Shown piece after piece: positions 49,710 to 59,040 of a stretch of DNA of 64,000 bases (position 1 is its first letter; the number at the start of each line of letters is the position of its first letter). Origin of the DNA: Vulcanimicrobiota bacterium (GTDB lineage: Bacteria; Vulcanimicrobiota; Vulcanimicrobiia; Vulcanimicrobiales; Vulcanimicrobiaceae); assembly GCA_963812155.1 (NCBI GenBank), contig CAWETW010000003.1, positions 672,001 through 736,000 of the forward strand, given 5' to 3'. The position numbers and the translations under genes are program-made. A model generated the notes under the pieces. The model did no database searches. It was not told the DNA's origin and worked only from the letters and a program-made list of their open reading frames with translations.

Positions 49710-50600
49710 ATGAAACGCGACGACTTTCTCAAGCACGTGGGCTGGACCGGGGCCGGCGGTATCGCGTGGTCGCTATCGGGCACGGGCTTATTCACGGCCC
49801 AACGCGCCCAAGCTGCCGAAGGGGGCCTTTCGTTCGTCCAAATTAGCGACAGCCATATCGGATTCGCGCGACCTGAAAACCCGGACGTTGCGGGGACGCT
49901 CCAAAAAACCATCGATGCGATTAATGCGTTGCCGGTCCAACCATCCTTCGTCGTCCACACGGGCGACGTGACCCATCTCTCAAAGCCGGCGCAGTTCGAT
50001 ACGGCGAAGCAAATGCTTAGCACGTTAAAGGCTCCGCTGATCGTGATACCCGGAGAACACGACGTCATCGGAACGCCGCAAGCGTTCTTTGAAGCGTTTC
50101 GGCGGGGCGACGCACCGAACGGATGGTTTTCGTGGGACCAAGGCGGAGTGCACTTCCTGTCGCTTGTCAACGTCTTCAACTTCGAAATCGATGGGAAGCT
50201 CGGTACCGAGCAACTCAGTTTTGTAAAGAAGGATCTCGCCGCGCAAAAAAGCTCGACACCGATCGTCGTCTTTGCTCACGTTCCACTCTACGCGCTCTTT
50301 CCGCCGTGGGGCTGGACGACCGAGGACGGCTCAACCGTTCTAGCGGCACTGCGCCGCTTCGACGCGGTCACCGTGCTGAACGGTCACATCCATCAAGTCG
50401 TCCAGCACACCGACGGAAACATCCGGTTTGCCACCGCTGCATCGACCGCATATCCGCAGCCCGCACCCGGCACTGCGGACAAGCCCGGTCCATTAAAAGT
50501 CCCTGACAGTCGCTTACTGAGCGTCCTCGGCTATCGAAGCGTAGAAATCGTCCGCAACGTCGCTGCGATCTCTGACCGCTCGCTCCAATCCAACACGTAA
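49710..50600 (+). CDS. metallophosphoesterase (CpdA/Icc-like), exported
   Basis: QISDSHIG, HTGDVTH, PGEHD, FAHVP, NGHIHQ; Tat-like KRDDFLK leader; TAAGGAG RBS. Confidence 0.92.
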   Translation: MKRDDFLKHVGWTGAGGIAWSLSGTGLFTAQRAQAAEGGLSFVQISDSHIGFARPENPDVAGTLQKTIDAINALPVQPSFVVHTGDVTHLSKPAQFDTAKQMLSTLKAPLIVIPGEHDVIGTPQAFFEAFRRGDAPNGWFSWDQGGVHFLSLVNVFNFEIDGKLGTEQLSFVKKDLAAQKSSTPIVVFAHVPLYALFPPWGWTTEDGSTVLAALRRFDAVTVLNGHIHQVVQHTDGNIRFATAASTAYPQPAPGTADKPGPLKVPDSRLLSVLGYRSVEIVRNVAAISDRSLQSNT

Positions 50601-50628
50601 GCCCTACAACAGATAAAGGATCTACAAC

Positions 50629-50970
50629 ATGCTCGTCCCTCTCATGCTTAGCTCGCTGGTCGGGCTTTCGTCGACGCCTCCGGTACGACTCGCAACGTGC
50701 ACAGTATCAACGCCCAACACCTTTCAGAATGATAACGGTCCGACAACGGTCGGTGAGTTTACCCTTCATGTGCGCTTTTCCGATGCGACATCTGAGCCAA
50801 TCTCTCGCGTACTATTTACTCTCAATGATGGCACGCAGGTTAGTGACGTTGGAACGTTTAGCCCAGGCGTCGTGATCAATCACGTGCTCGAACTATCAAG
50901 CACTGATGCTACGTCATGCACAGCGACGATCGTGAGATTTGCAAACGGCGTAATCTGGAACGCGAACTAA
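50629..50970 (+). CDS. small secreted hypothetical protein
   Basis: TAAGGA RBS, hydrophobic N-terminus, Cys pair, DVGTFSPGVVINH and F.NG..W pattern. Confidence 0.75.
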   Translation: MLVPLMLSSLVGLSSTPPVRLATCTVSTPNTFQNDNGPTTVGEFTLHVRFSDATSEPISRVLFTLNDGTQVSDVGTFSPGVVINHVLELSSTDATSCTATIVRFANGVIWNAN

Positions 50971-51067
50971 AAAAAGTTCTAGGGCAAGTCGCGCGTTAAC
51001 ACTTTTCTTATAACACCAACTTATATTTATCGAAATCTACGTATCCAACATCACTTAAGGAGAATCA

Positions 51068-51139
51068 ATGAAACCACCCTACAACATTGGAGCCGTCTGC
51101 ATCGCTATGGCGCTTGCAGCGTGCTCGGGCGCGGAGTAA
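51068..51139 (+). pseudogene. isolated lipoprotein signal peptide (MKPPYNIGAVCIAMALAACSGAE*)
   Basis: TAAGGAG RBS and ATG, lipobox LAAC, stop 4 codons after Cys. Confidence 0.5.
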
Positions 51140-51345
51140 ACCGTTTCCTGCGTCCATTCAGGTCGCTTAAACGCTGCGCGCGAGCCAAAAACCGCTCGGT
51201 ATCCTGCACTCGGCTTCGCAGTTGCGAGGCCGTTTTGCATTTCCAGGCTTCGCACTTTCGAGCGTGGGTAACGGCAGAGAGGGGAAAGCGATATTAAATG
51301 CTTCCCTGGAATTCGCGAAAATGCTCGGCTCGAAGCTCGCACTGC

Positions 51346-52350
51346 CTACTGTGGTGCGGGGCTGACGCCGATGTCTTGAACGCCAGGCAGCTCGCTTAAC
51401 ACCTTCGCGGGCTGACCACCGGCTGGATAATGCCAGAATCCCACCGTTGGATATTTCGAACGAGGAGGGTAGTGAGTTACGACGACTCGATTGGCCTCAA
51501 TCCAAAAGTCGTCATCATGTCGGGCAGTGTCGATGCTGGTGCGGCCGACGATTTTCGCACTCGAACCTGAGATCGCCAATCGGTAGATCCAGTTCCCAGA
51601 GTCCGCCATAACCGCGAGATATTTCCCATCCCATCGAATGTCACCGATGCCATCAATGCTCTTATCGAGAGCAATGTCTTTGAATTTTCCGGTACCCTTG
51701 GCAAGCTCGGCCAAACCCGACTGACTTCCATTTAGCCCGTCGGCAAACAAGTTGCCGTCGCCGTCATAGCCACAACTCGAGAAGGAATCGAAGTTCGGAT
51801 CGGCATAGCGCGTTGGCCCGCTTTTCGCGTTACGGAATACGGCGACTTTGCCCGGCGCCTGACTTGTATAGTCGGCAACGGCGAGATTCCCGGTCGAAGG
51901 ATCCACCGAGCAGCCCTGCGGATTCTTTGAGTCCGGCAACGTGCGAATCGGGCTTGTGCCGCCGTGCGCGTACGCTTGGATACGATTGGCAAGCAAGTCC
52001 GTCACAAAAATATCGCCGGTATGCTGGTTCACGCAGATGCCCACCGGAAGAGCAAATCCGGTAAGAGTTCCGACCCGGTGACCTCCGGGATACGAGAAAA
52101 CCCAGACTTCGTTGAACAGCGTGTTCGAAACGTACAACAAATCCTCGCTCTTCGCTTCCGTCGCCATCCAGGAGTAGCCGCGTCGAAGCGCCGGCTCTGC
52201 AGGCCGTTGCTGGAACACCCCGGATGCGACGATCGGTGGCGCAGGCCCACTGCAGCATGACAGCACCACGGCAGCCGCTAGGCACGCATGGGTCACTGAG
52301 CCCTTCATCGGAGCCTTCCGCAGTGGCGCGCGGGAACTGCTGCGGTTCAC
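51346..52350 (-). CDS. secreted beta-propeller lipoprotein (DLLYVS / GNLAV family)
   Basis: SWM..EAKSEDLLYVS, VFSYP.G, P.GCSVDP.TGNLAV, CGYD..GNLF, WDGKYLAV; overlaps the upstream gene stop. Confidence 0.8.
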   Translation of the reverse strand: MNRSSSRAPLRKAPMKGSVTHACLAAAVVLSCCSGPAPPIVASGVFQQRPAEPALRRGYSWMATEAKSEDLLYVSNTLFNEVWVFSYPGGHRVGTLTGFALPVGICVNQHTGDIFVTDLLANRIQAYAHGGTSPIRTLPDSKNPQGCSVDPSTGNLAVADYTSQAPGKVAVFRNAKSGPTRYADPNFDSFSSCGYDGDGNLFADGLNGSQSGLAELAKGTGKFKDIALDKSIDGIGDIRWDGKYLAVMADSGNWIYRLAISGSSAKIVGRTSIDTARHDDDFWIEANRVVVTHYPPRSKYPTVGFWHYPAGGQPAKVLSELPGVQDIGVSPAPQ

Positions 52351-53459
52351 GGCCCAAACACCAGCGCATCCGGCACGTTCAGTCCCTGCGTTATCGTTCG
52401 TAGCAGCTTGGTACCGCCCGTGCCGTACACCGTCACCGTGTTATTCGAATTTGCAACAAAGAGTTCGCTGTTGCCGCCAAAGGCGAGCGCATTCGGCCGG
52501 TCAACGCCCTGGGAAACCGTACGCAGCACGTTGCCGCTGCCCGGTGCGTAGACGGTGACGTTATTACCTAAGAGGTTGGCGACGAATAAGTTTCCGGAGC
52601 CGCCGAATACGAGCGCAATCGGGTAGTAAAAACCATTGGCGATCGTCCGCAAGACCGAGGTACTGCCCGGGGCATAGACGGTCACCGTACCGTTGCTGCC
52701 TCCGACGAACGCGTTCACGACGTAGAGATTGCCGGAACCGTCGAAAGCCAGTCCCTTAGGGTTGAAGACGCCGTCTTTGATGGTATATAGTGCCGACGTG
52801 CTGGCCGGCGCGAAGACTCTCACGCGGCTTGGACGCCTACCCAGGACGTTGTCCGCGACGTAGAGATTACCGGAACCGTCAAATACAAGCGCTGTGGGTT
52901 GTTTCTTTGCGCCCTGGGGAATTGTGTACATGACCGAGGTGCTGCCAGGGGCGTAGACGGTCACATAGCCGTCTCCAAAGTTCGTCGTGTAGTTTGCGAC
53001 GTAGAGGTTGCCGCCAGCGTCAAACGCCAGCGCGTCCGGATGGTCCAAGCCTTGGGAAATCGTGTAGAGAAGTTTGGTCGTTCCCGCGGCGTAGACCGTT
53101 ACCGTATTGCTCGCGCGTCGGTTTGCGACGTACAGATTACCGGCGTGGTCGACCGCGAGCGCCACCGGATCTTTCACACCCTCGGAGATCGTCCGCAGAA
53201 GTGAGGTGCCGTGCGTGGCGTAAACGGTCACGCTGCCGTTGTTCGAACCGCCGCACTCCCTGCCGCAGTTTGCAACGTAAATGTTGGGCCCGCGCGCAGC
53301 AGCAGGGCGTTGCGCCCGGTCGGCCGCAGAACCGAAACCCAGGAGTGGCCCCGCTGTAGTTGGCGACGAGACCGAACTCTGTGGGAGTTGGCCGCTGCAC
53401 GCCGTTAGTATCGAAAACGTAGCGATGAGGGCGAGCCTTCTCGACTCTGTAATTGACAT
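52347..53459 (-). CDS. NHL-repeat lipoprotein
   Basis: GAGGAGG RBS, lipobox LTAC, 6-7 repeats of P.ALAFD.SGNLYVAN...VTVYAPG. Confidence 0.88.
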   Translation of the reverse strand: MSITESRRLALIATFSILTACSGQLPQSSVSSPTTAGPLLGFGSAADRAQRPAAARGPNIYVANCGRECGGSNNGSVTVYATHGTSLLRTISEGVKDPVALAVDHAGNLYVANRRASNTVTVYAAGTTKLLYTISQGLDHPDALAFDAGGNLYVANYTTNFGDGYVTVYAPGSTSVMYTIPQGAKKQPTALVFDGSGNLYVADNVLGRRPSRVRVFAPASTSALYTIKDGVFNPKGLAFDGSGNLYVVNAFVGGSNGTVTVYAPGSTSVLRTIANGFYYPIALVFGGSGNLFVANLLGNNVTVYAPGSGNVLRTVSQGVDRPNALAFGGNSELFVANSNNTVTVYGTGGTKLLRTITQGLNVPDALVFGP

Positions 53460-53598
53460 AAAAGCCTCCTCGCGAAAGGTTGGATACGCTGATTCCACAG
53501 CATAGCAACAGAGCCTCTGTTTTGCCGGCGCCCTCAGCCGCCGCTGGGCTCGCGAGGCGTGGCCCCCGAAGAAGGCGATAGCAAGAACCAGATTAAGC

Positions 53599-53643
53599 AT
53601 TGACAATCTTCGATACAATGGCCTAGTATCGATGGGTGTCAAT
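53599..53643 (+). promoter_or_regulatory. ars promoter/ArsR operator
   Basis: TTGACA-N18-TAGTAT inside the inverted repeat attgaca-atct-tcgatac-N9-gtatcga-tggg-tgtcaat. Confidence 0.75.
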
Positions 53644-53968
53644 ACAACGCTGTTGTCCCACGGCACGAATCGTCAAGCGGGACTTCGAGCCCGTCGCCGG
53701 GCTGCTCAAGGCGATTGCCGATCCTTATCGCCTGACCATGCTCGCTACTCTGGCGGCGAGCGATCGTGAAGTATGCGTCTGTGACTTTACGGACGCCCTC
53801 CCGCTGAACCAGCCCACGGTCTCGCACCACCTCCGTATCTTGCGCGAGGCCGGTCTGGTCACGTGCGAACGTCGAGGGACCTGGGTGTACTATCAGTTGG
53901 AGCCGGATGCGCCGGAGCGTCTCGATAGAGCATTAGAAGGTGTCTTTCGGAAGAAGGCCTACGTATGA
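53636..53968 (+). CDS. arsR: ArsR/SmtB metalloregulator
   Basis: KAIADP.RL, EVCVCD, QPTVSHHLRILREAGLV..ERRGTWVYY; N-terminal CC. Confidence 0.93.
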   Translation: MSIQRCCPTARIVKRDFEPVAGLLKAIADPYRLTMLATLAASDREVCVCDFTDALPLNQPTVSHHLRILREAGLVTCERRGTWVYYQLEPDAPERLDRALEGVFRKKAYV

Positions 53969-54402
53969 AAACTCACTTAAGCTTCGTCACATCGAAACTC
54001 GCTGAAAGCGTCGACTTCTACTCGGCGCTCTTCGGCGAAAAACCGAGCAAAGTGCTCTCGGACTACGCCCTGTTTATCACTGAGGAGCCCGGCCTCGAAC
54101 TAACGCTGGAAGCGTCGAGTTCTACACCGCAGGCGTCGGGCGATCATTACGGCGTGTTCGTGGAGTCCGTCGACGATGTCGAGCGCGCTATCACACGCCT
54201 TCAACGGGCCGGCCTCGTTTCGGCGATCGAGCGTGAAGAAACGTGCTGCTACGCCAACCAAACAAAGGTATGGGCTACGGATCCGATGGGGCGTCGTTGG
54301 GAGATTTATACCGTCCACGAGGATACGGAGCAGCGCGGCGCTGCCGGCTCCAGCTGTTGCACGGATTCGCTCGACGAAAGCGGCGTCTGCTGCACCGCCT
54401 AG
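53965..54402 (+). CDS. ArsI/CadI-family VOC metalloenzyme
   Basis: FYSALFG..P.K...YA.F, HYGV.V, TCCYANQTKVWATDP.G..WE; C-terminal CC pairs. Confidence 0.88.
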   Translation: MKTHLSFVTSKLAESVDFYSALFGEKPSKVLSDYALFITEEPGLELTLEASSSTPQASGDHYGVFVESVDDVERAITRLQRAGLVSAIEREETCCYANQTKVWATDPMGRRWEIYTVHEDTEQRGAAGSSCCTDSLDESGVCCTA

Positions 54403-54427
54403 TGCCGCCGGCACTGAGAAGTGCTTC

Positions 54428-55090
54428 GTGACGCTCTTTAAACGCGGCATGACCGAGGCTCTCGGGACGGCATTTTTGTTAGCGGGTGTCGTAGGATCGG
54501 GCATTATGGCTGAGCGCCTCAGCGGAGGAAATCAAGCCGTCGCCCTTTTGGCGAACACGATCGCGACGGGTGCCGTACTCATGTGCCTTATCGCGGCTCT
54601 CGCGCCGATTTCTGGTGCACATCTCAATCCGGCGGTATCGCTGGCCGACGCGATGCAGGGTGGACTCCCATGGCGCGAACTTCCGGCGTATTGGCTCGCA
54701 CAGATCTTTGGTGCGCTCGCGGGAGTTGCTCTGGCAAATGCGATGTTTGGCCTTCCGTTCTTTTTTGTCTCCCATCACGCACGCACCGGCCCGCATCTGT
54801 GGCTCGGGGAGTTCATCGCCACCTTCGGTCTCCTCGTCGTGATCTGGGGTTGCGTGCGTTCTAGGTCAAACCTTACGGCGCTCGCGGTTGCTGCCTATAT
54901 CGTGGCCGCCTATTGGTTTACATCGTCCACCTCATTTGCTAACCCGGCCGTGACCCTGGCGCGATCTCTCTCCGACACCTTCGCAGGTATTCGGCCTGAG
55001 AATGCCCCAGCGTTCGTTGTCGCAGAACTTCTTGGAGCGATGGCTGCCACGCTCGTTGTTGGCTGGATTGCTTTAGAGAGATCGAAGTGA
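54428..55090 (+). CDS. MIP/aquaporin (AqpS-like arsenite channel)
   Basis: GSGIMAE.L, SGAHLNPAV, AYWFTSSTSFANPAVT.AR; in the ars operon. Confidence 0.92.
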   Translation: MTLFKRGMTEALGTAFLLAGVVGSGIMAERLSGGNQAVALLANTIATGAVLMCLIAALAPISGAHLNPAVSLADAMQGGLPWRELPAYWLAQIFGALAGVALANAMFGLPFFFVSHHARTGPHLWLGEFIATFGLLVVIWGCVRSRSNLTALAVAAYIVAAYWFTSSTSFANPAVTLARSLSDTFAGIRPENAPAFVVAELLGAMAATLVVGWIALERSK

Positions 55091-55539
55091 AGCGCAACGT
55101 ACTTTTTGTTTGCGTTCAAAACAGCGCTCGAAGTCAGATGGCTGAAGCATTTCTGAATGAAATGTGCCCTGAAGACTTCTCGGCTCAGAGTGCCGGGCTC
55201 GAGCCTGGCTCGCTAAATCCCCTCGCCGTTGAAGCGATGCGCGAGATCGACATAGACATCTCGCATAAAGAGACGAAGAGCGTGTTCGATCTTTTCAAAT
55301 CGGGCGAGCACTTTTCGTTCGTCGTAACGGTGTGCGATAGAACGAGCGCCGACCGGTGCCCGGTATTTCCGGGGCACGCCTGGCGTTTGCATTGGAGTTT
55401 TGCGGACCCGGCGGCGCTTGCTGGCACGTGGGAAGAAAGGCTCGCCGCTACGCGCACCATCCGCGACGATATACGGGAAACGATTCTCGCTTGGTGTCGC
55501 GAATCGTGCAGCGCGGCGCCGCTAGGTGGTGCGGGGTAG
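55087..55539 (+). CDS. arsC: arsenate reductase, LMW-PTP fold
   Basis: VLFVCVQNSARSQMAE, VTVCD...CPVFPG, HW.F.DP. Confidence 0.92.
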   Translation: MKRNVLFVCVQNSARSQMAEAFLNEMCPEDFSAQSAGLEPGSLNPLAVEAMREIDIDISHKETKSVFDLFKSGEHFSFVVTVCDRTSADRCPVFPGHAWRLHWSFADPAALAGTWEERLAATRTIRDDIRETILAWCRESCSAAPLGGAG

Positions 55540-55621
55540 TGGATCTGCGCTTCGCAAGGGACCGCGCGCTGGATGGCCAAATCGCCTCGTAGCTGACTGA
55601 TACTCTAGAGGGAGCAGGCAA

Positions 55622-56041
55622 ATGACCTTACCTAGAGCACTCGCAACACTCGTTGCAATCGCGTATCTGACCGGCTGCGCCGGCGATCTACCCAGCGCGC
55701 AACGGCCTTCTTCGCAGTACGCCGGCGCGACGCAAGGCCCGAACAGTGGAAGCACGACGCTGCTGTGGAACCCGCCTGGTGTGACGCTTGTTGCGAATGG
55801 CGCAGAACGAACGAGTAAGTTGTACTACACCAAGACAATGACTGTTGCGTTAGGCAATAACTGCAACAATACCGTGATTATTCAGGAATTGAAGTTCGGC
55901 AAAATAAAGATTGAGAATCTCAAATTCATTAAATTCGGCTTTCTAACGCGTACTCCAGGCGCATATTCCTGTACGTTGATAGCTACGGACAGCCAGAACC
56001 CTTCGGTCACGTCTACCGTTACGATCACCGTAAAGCGTTAG
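55622..56041 (+). CDS. hypothetical lipoprotein
   Basis: GGAG RBS, lipobox LTGC, AT-rich coding. Confidence 0.65.
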   Translation: MTLPRALATLVAIAYLTGCAGDLPSAQRPSSQYAGATQGPNSGSTTLLWNPPGVTLVANGAERTSKLYYTKTMTVALGNNCNNTVIIQELKFGKIKIENLKFIKFGFLTRTPGAYSCTLIATDSQNPSVTSTVTITVKR

Positions 56042-56540
56042 ACATTGTTTCGTACTTGACGAGCGTCGAGCCAAAGTGGCGTGCGAGCCCGACGGGCGAC
56101 ATGCCGACCGCGCGCATGACCCGTAAGGAGCGAAGGTTTTCGGGAAATGCTACGGCCACGATTCGCGCGATGTTCAGTCGCGAAAACGCATGGGCGATGA
56201 TTGCCTTTACCGCTTCAGAAGCATAGCCTCGTCCCCAGTACGAGGAGTCGAGGATGTAGGCTACTTCGATTTCCGGCGTTTGTTCGAGGTGGCCGAGTCC
56301 GCAATGCCCGACGATCGTTCCGAGACTCTTGACGACCACGGGATAGAAACCATATCCCTGCTCGTTATGCAGTTCGCGCATGCGCGCTACCGCTCGGGCC
56401 GTTCGATCGGCGCTCCATACGCCGCCCGGGATAAACTCCATCACATCCGGCTTGGCGTAAATGGGCGCGACGAGCACGGCATCGTCGTCGTTCCACGTGC
56501 GAACCAACAAACGTTCCGTCTCAACGACGACGCGACTCAT
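56025..56540 (-). CDS. GNAT N-acetyltransferase (RimJ/RimL-like)
   Basis: ETERLLVR.W, EVAY.L...YWGRGYASE, PEN.RS.RVM..VGM. Confidence 0.9.
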   Translation of the reverse strand: MSRVVVETERLLVRTWNDDDAVLVAPIYAKPDVMEFIPGGVWSADRTARAVARMRELHNEQGYGFYPVVVKSLGTIVGHCGLGHLEQTPEIEVAYILDSSYWGRGYASEAVKAIIAHAFSRLNIARIVAVAFPENLRSLRVMRAVGMSPVGLARHFGSTLVKYETMSNALR

Positions 56541-56608
56541 ACGGTAGCCGGGATGCTGCGCAGGCGCAAGTCGAGCCGAGGCCGCTTACGCCCGCAGCGC
56601 GATGTGGT

Positions 56609-57091
56609 CTAGCCTCCCAGGTGCTTGGTATGCGCCCAGGACGTTATGCGCCAGCCATTCGCCGTCTTCTTGAGCGTCACGGTAAGGGCCGAGCCGGTCT
56701 CCCTCATCGTCGCGCCTTTTTGATTGAAGTGGTAGTCGAATGGGGCACTGATGTACGCGTTATCCCCGGTGACGAACACGTGCCACGGCATTCCTATACC
56801 GCCGGTTGCGTCGGTGATTTTAGCCGTCTTGTCGTAGGCGTCCCGCGTGTTCCACCAGTCGGTGCAACCCGAAGCCCCACCGGTAAGGTACGGATCGAAG
56901 GTGTCGATGACGAAAGCCGGAGATGCGCACAACGCCACAAACGCGTTCATGTTCCCTTTGTTCATCGCGTCGATCGCGAGCTTCACGGTGTTAATCGCAT
57001 CGCTCGAAGGCGACGCGGAGCTGATTGTGGGCGTTGCCAGGAACGCCAAGGCCGCCGATAGGGCCCAAACTGCAAGTCGATGGATCTTCAT
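56609..57091 (-). CDS. secreted NTF2/SnoaL-like protein
   Basis: AAGGA RBS, signal peptide, IDAMNKGN, GDNAY, L.K...GWRITSW. Confidence 0.8.
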   Translation of the reverse strand: MKIHRLAVWALSAALAFLATPTISSASPSSDAINTVKLAIDAMNKGNMNAFVALCASPAFVIDTFDPYLTGGASGCTDWWNTRDAYDKTAKITDATGGIGMPWHVFVTGDNAYISAPFDYHFNQKGATMRETGSALTVTLKKTANGWRITSWAHTKHLGG

Positions 57092-57389
57092 AATTTCTTC
57101 CTTGAGACTGCAACAGCACAGCCCCTGAACTTACAGGAGTTCATGGGGAAGCGTACGTAAAGGCCGCTCGCCCTGCAACCACGCACAAGGGGCCACCTCG
57201 CAGGTGGAGGCTGCGGCCCACCGGCGCGATTACGAGTTCGAACGATGGCGGAAATCTCGTCCGGCTTCTTTTAGTTAGGAGGCCGGCGAGCGAAGCAAGC
57301 GAGCTAACGCTTGCTAATAATATTCCTTGTTATGAACTACTTTCATCACTGCGACGTTTGAGGTAAGATGATGTAGCGGGAGGTTCATC

Positions 57390-58738
57390 ATGCGGGTGTG
57401 GGCTTTCGTTTTACTTTTTGGGTTTGGTCTTTGCAGCTGCAGTCAAACATCATTAGGCGGCGCTCCCGGCGGCTATGGCCCGCAACGGGTTAACACATTG
57501 TCTCGGGCGGCCCGAATGCGCGGCCACGCTCAGTCGCCGATACAGCATATCGTCATCATCGTGCAGGAAAACCGCAGCGTCGACAATCTCTTCCAGCTCC
57601 TGCCCGGCGCGAACACGCAGTCGTATGGCTTTGCGTCGCACGGCAACCGTCACATCCAACTGGAACCTCAGTCGCTAGCGGCGCCCTTCGATTTGGGACA
57701 CGGTCACCCCAATTGGGTTACGGAGTACGCCGACGGGGCAATGAACGGGTTCGATCAGGAGCAATGTAAGGGTTCTTGTCCGCAAGATCCGGCGTTTTCC
57801 TACGTGCCCGAAAGTGACGTCGAGCCGTACTACACCCTCGCCGAAACCTATGCGTTCGCAGATAACGTTTTCCAAACCAATCAAGGCCCAAGCTTCCCAG
57901 CCCATCAGTACTTGATTAGCGGCACTTCGGCGGTAAGTGTGACGGCGATAAGGACAAGGCGGCAAGCAACACCGACCCCGGCGGCTTTGGCGGTTGCGAT
58001 TCTCCTTCAGGAACGACCGTCAAGATCATTACTCCGGGAGGCGGCGAGCCAAAAGATCGGGGAACGTTCCCATGCTTCAAGCGGCAATCCATTATGAATG
58101 AGTTGGACGATGCCGGCGTAACGTGGAGGTACTATCAGAACTCGTCCGGGTCGGGAATTTGGAACGCCGTAGACGCCATTTACTCGATATGGTCGAACCC
58201 GGCGGAGATGGCCGCAAACGTGATCTCGCCGTCGTCCCAAGTGCTCACCGATATTGGAAACGGCCAACTGGCGGACGTGACCTGGGTTACGCCCTCGAGC
58301 AACGCGTCGGACCATCCCCTAACGACCGACGGGTCGGGCCCTTCATGGGTCGGTTCGGTCGTGAATGCCATCGGTGACAGCCAGTACTGGAACAATACGG
58401 CAATCTTCATCACGTGGGATGATTGGGGCGGCTGGTACGATCACGTCACTCCAACCGTCTATAATTCGTACGAGCTGAGTTTTCGCGTTCCGCTCGTCGT
58501 CGTCTCGCCGTATGCCAAGAGCCAATATGTGTCGCACGTGCAGTACGAGTTTGGAAGCATCCTAAAGTTCATCGAAGATACTTTCGGTTTGCCTTCGCTC
58601 GATACGACGGACGCTCGCGCCAACAACCTTACCGACCTGTTTGACTTTTCGCATCAGCATGCAAGGTTCAAACGTATCCGGACGAAGTACGGCCCTCGCT
58701 ATTTCTTCAGCCAACGGTCGACCCGACCCGAAGACTAA
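57390..58738 (+). CDS. phospholipase C / phosphoesterase family protein (frameshift near 57938)
   Basis: GGAGG RBS; IQHIVIIVQENRSVDNLF and GPSFPAHQY, then after a GT duplication TWDDWGGWYDHV and FRVPLVVVSPYAK; paralogue of 261..1637. Confidence 0.85.
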
Positions 58739-58772
58739 GAGGGTAGCGAGACTCTAAGAGCCTCCACACGAA

Positions 58773-58819
58773 GTCGAGAAGCGTCCTGTCTTTCTAACAA
58801 GCTGGACGCTTCTTTCGAC
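58773..58819 (+). terminator. hairpin after the phospholipase gene
   Basis: agaagcgtcc...ggacgcttct 10-bp stem with flanking gtcg/cgac. Confidence 0.45.
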
Positions 58820-59040
58820 GCTCTCAGGCGCGAACGATTCTAGATAATGCAACGCCGACCGCCGCACGGGGACAGCTTTGCGCCCGCTTACCCTGGAGCC
58901 TATCGCCTCCCGTTCTTAACGGCGGTCCTTGATAGAGGGCTTTATCCGAAGAAACCAAACAGGACTTTTTGCTGTCTCAAGGTTTACAAGAGATCTGTTA
59001 ATATGAATTACCGCTTAATGTGAATACCGATCGGCCAAAA

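Noticed and set aside
51001..51036. dif-like site ttttcttataa-caccaac-ttatatttatc
   Set aside because: Spacer is 7 nt rather than 6 and the XerD-arm match is poor
52347..53300. Recurring nucleotide repeats (gtagacggt.ac, gttgccg)
   Set aside because: Explained by NHL protein repeats
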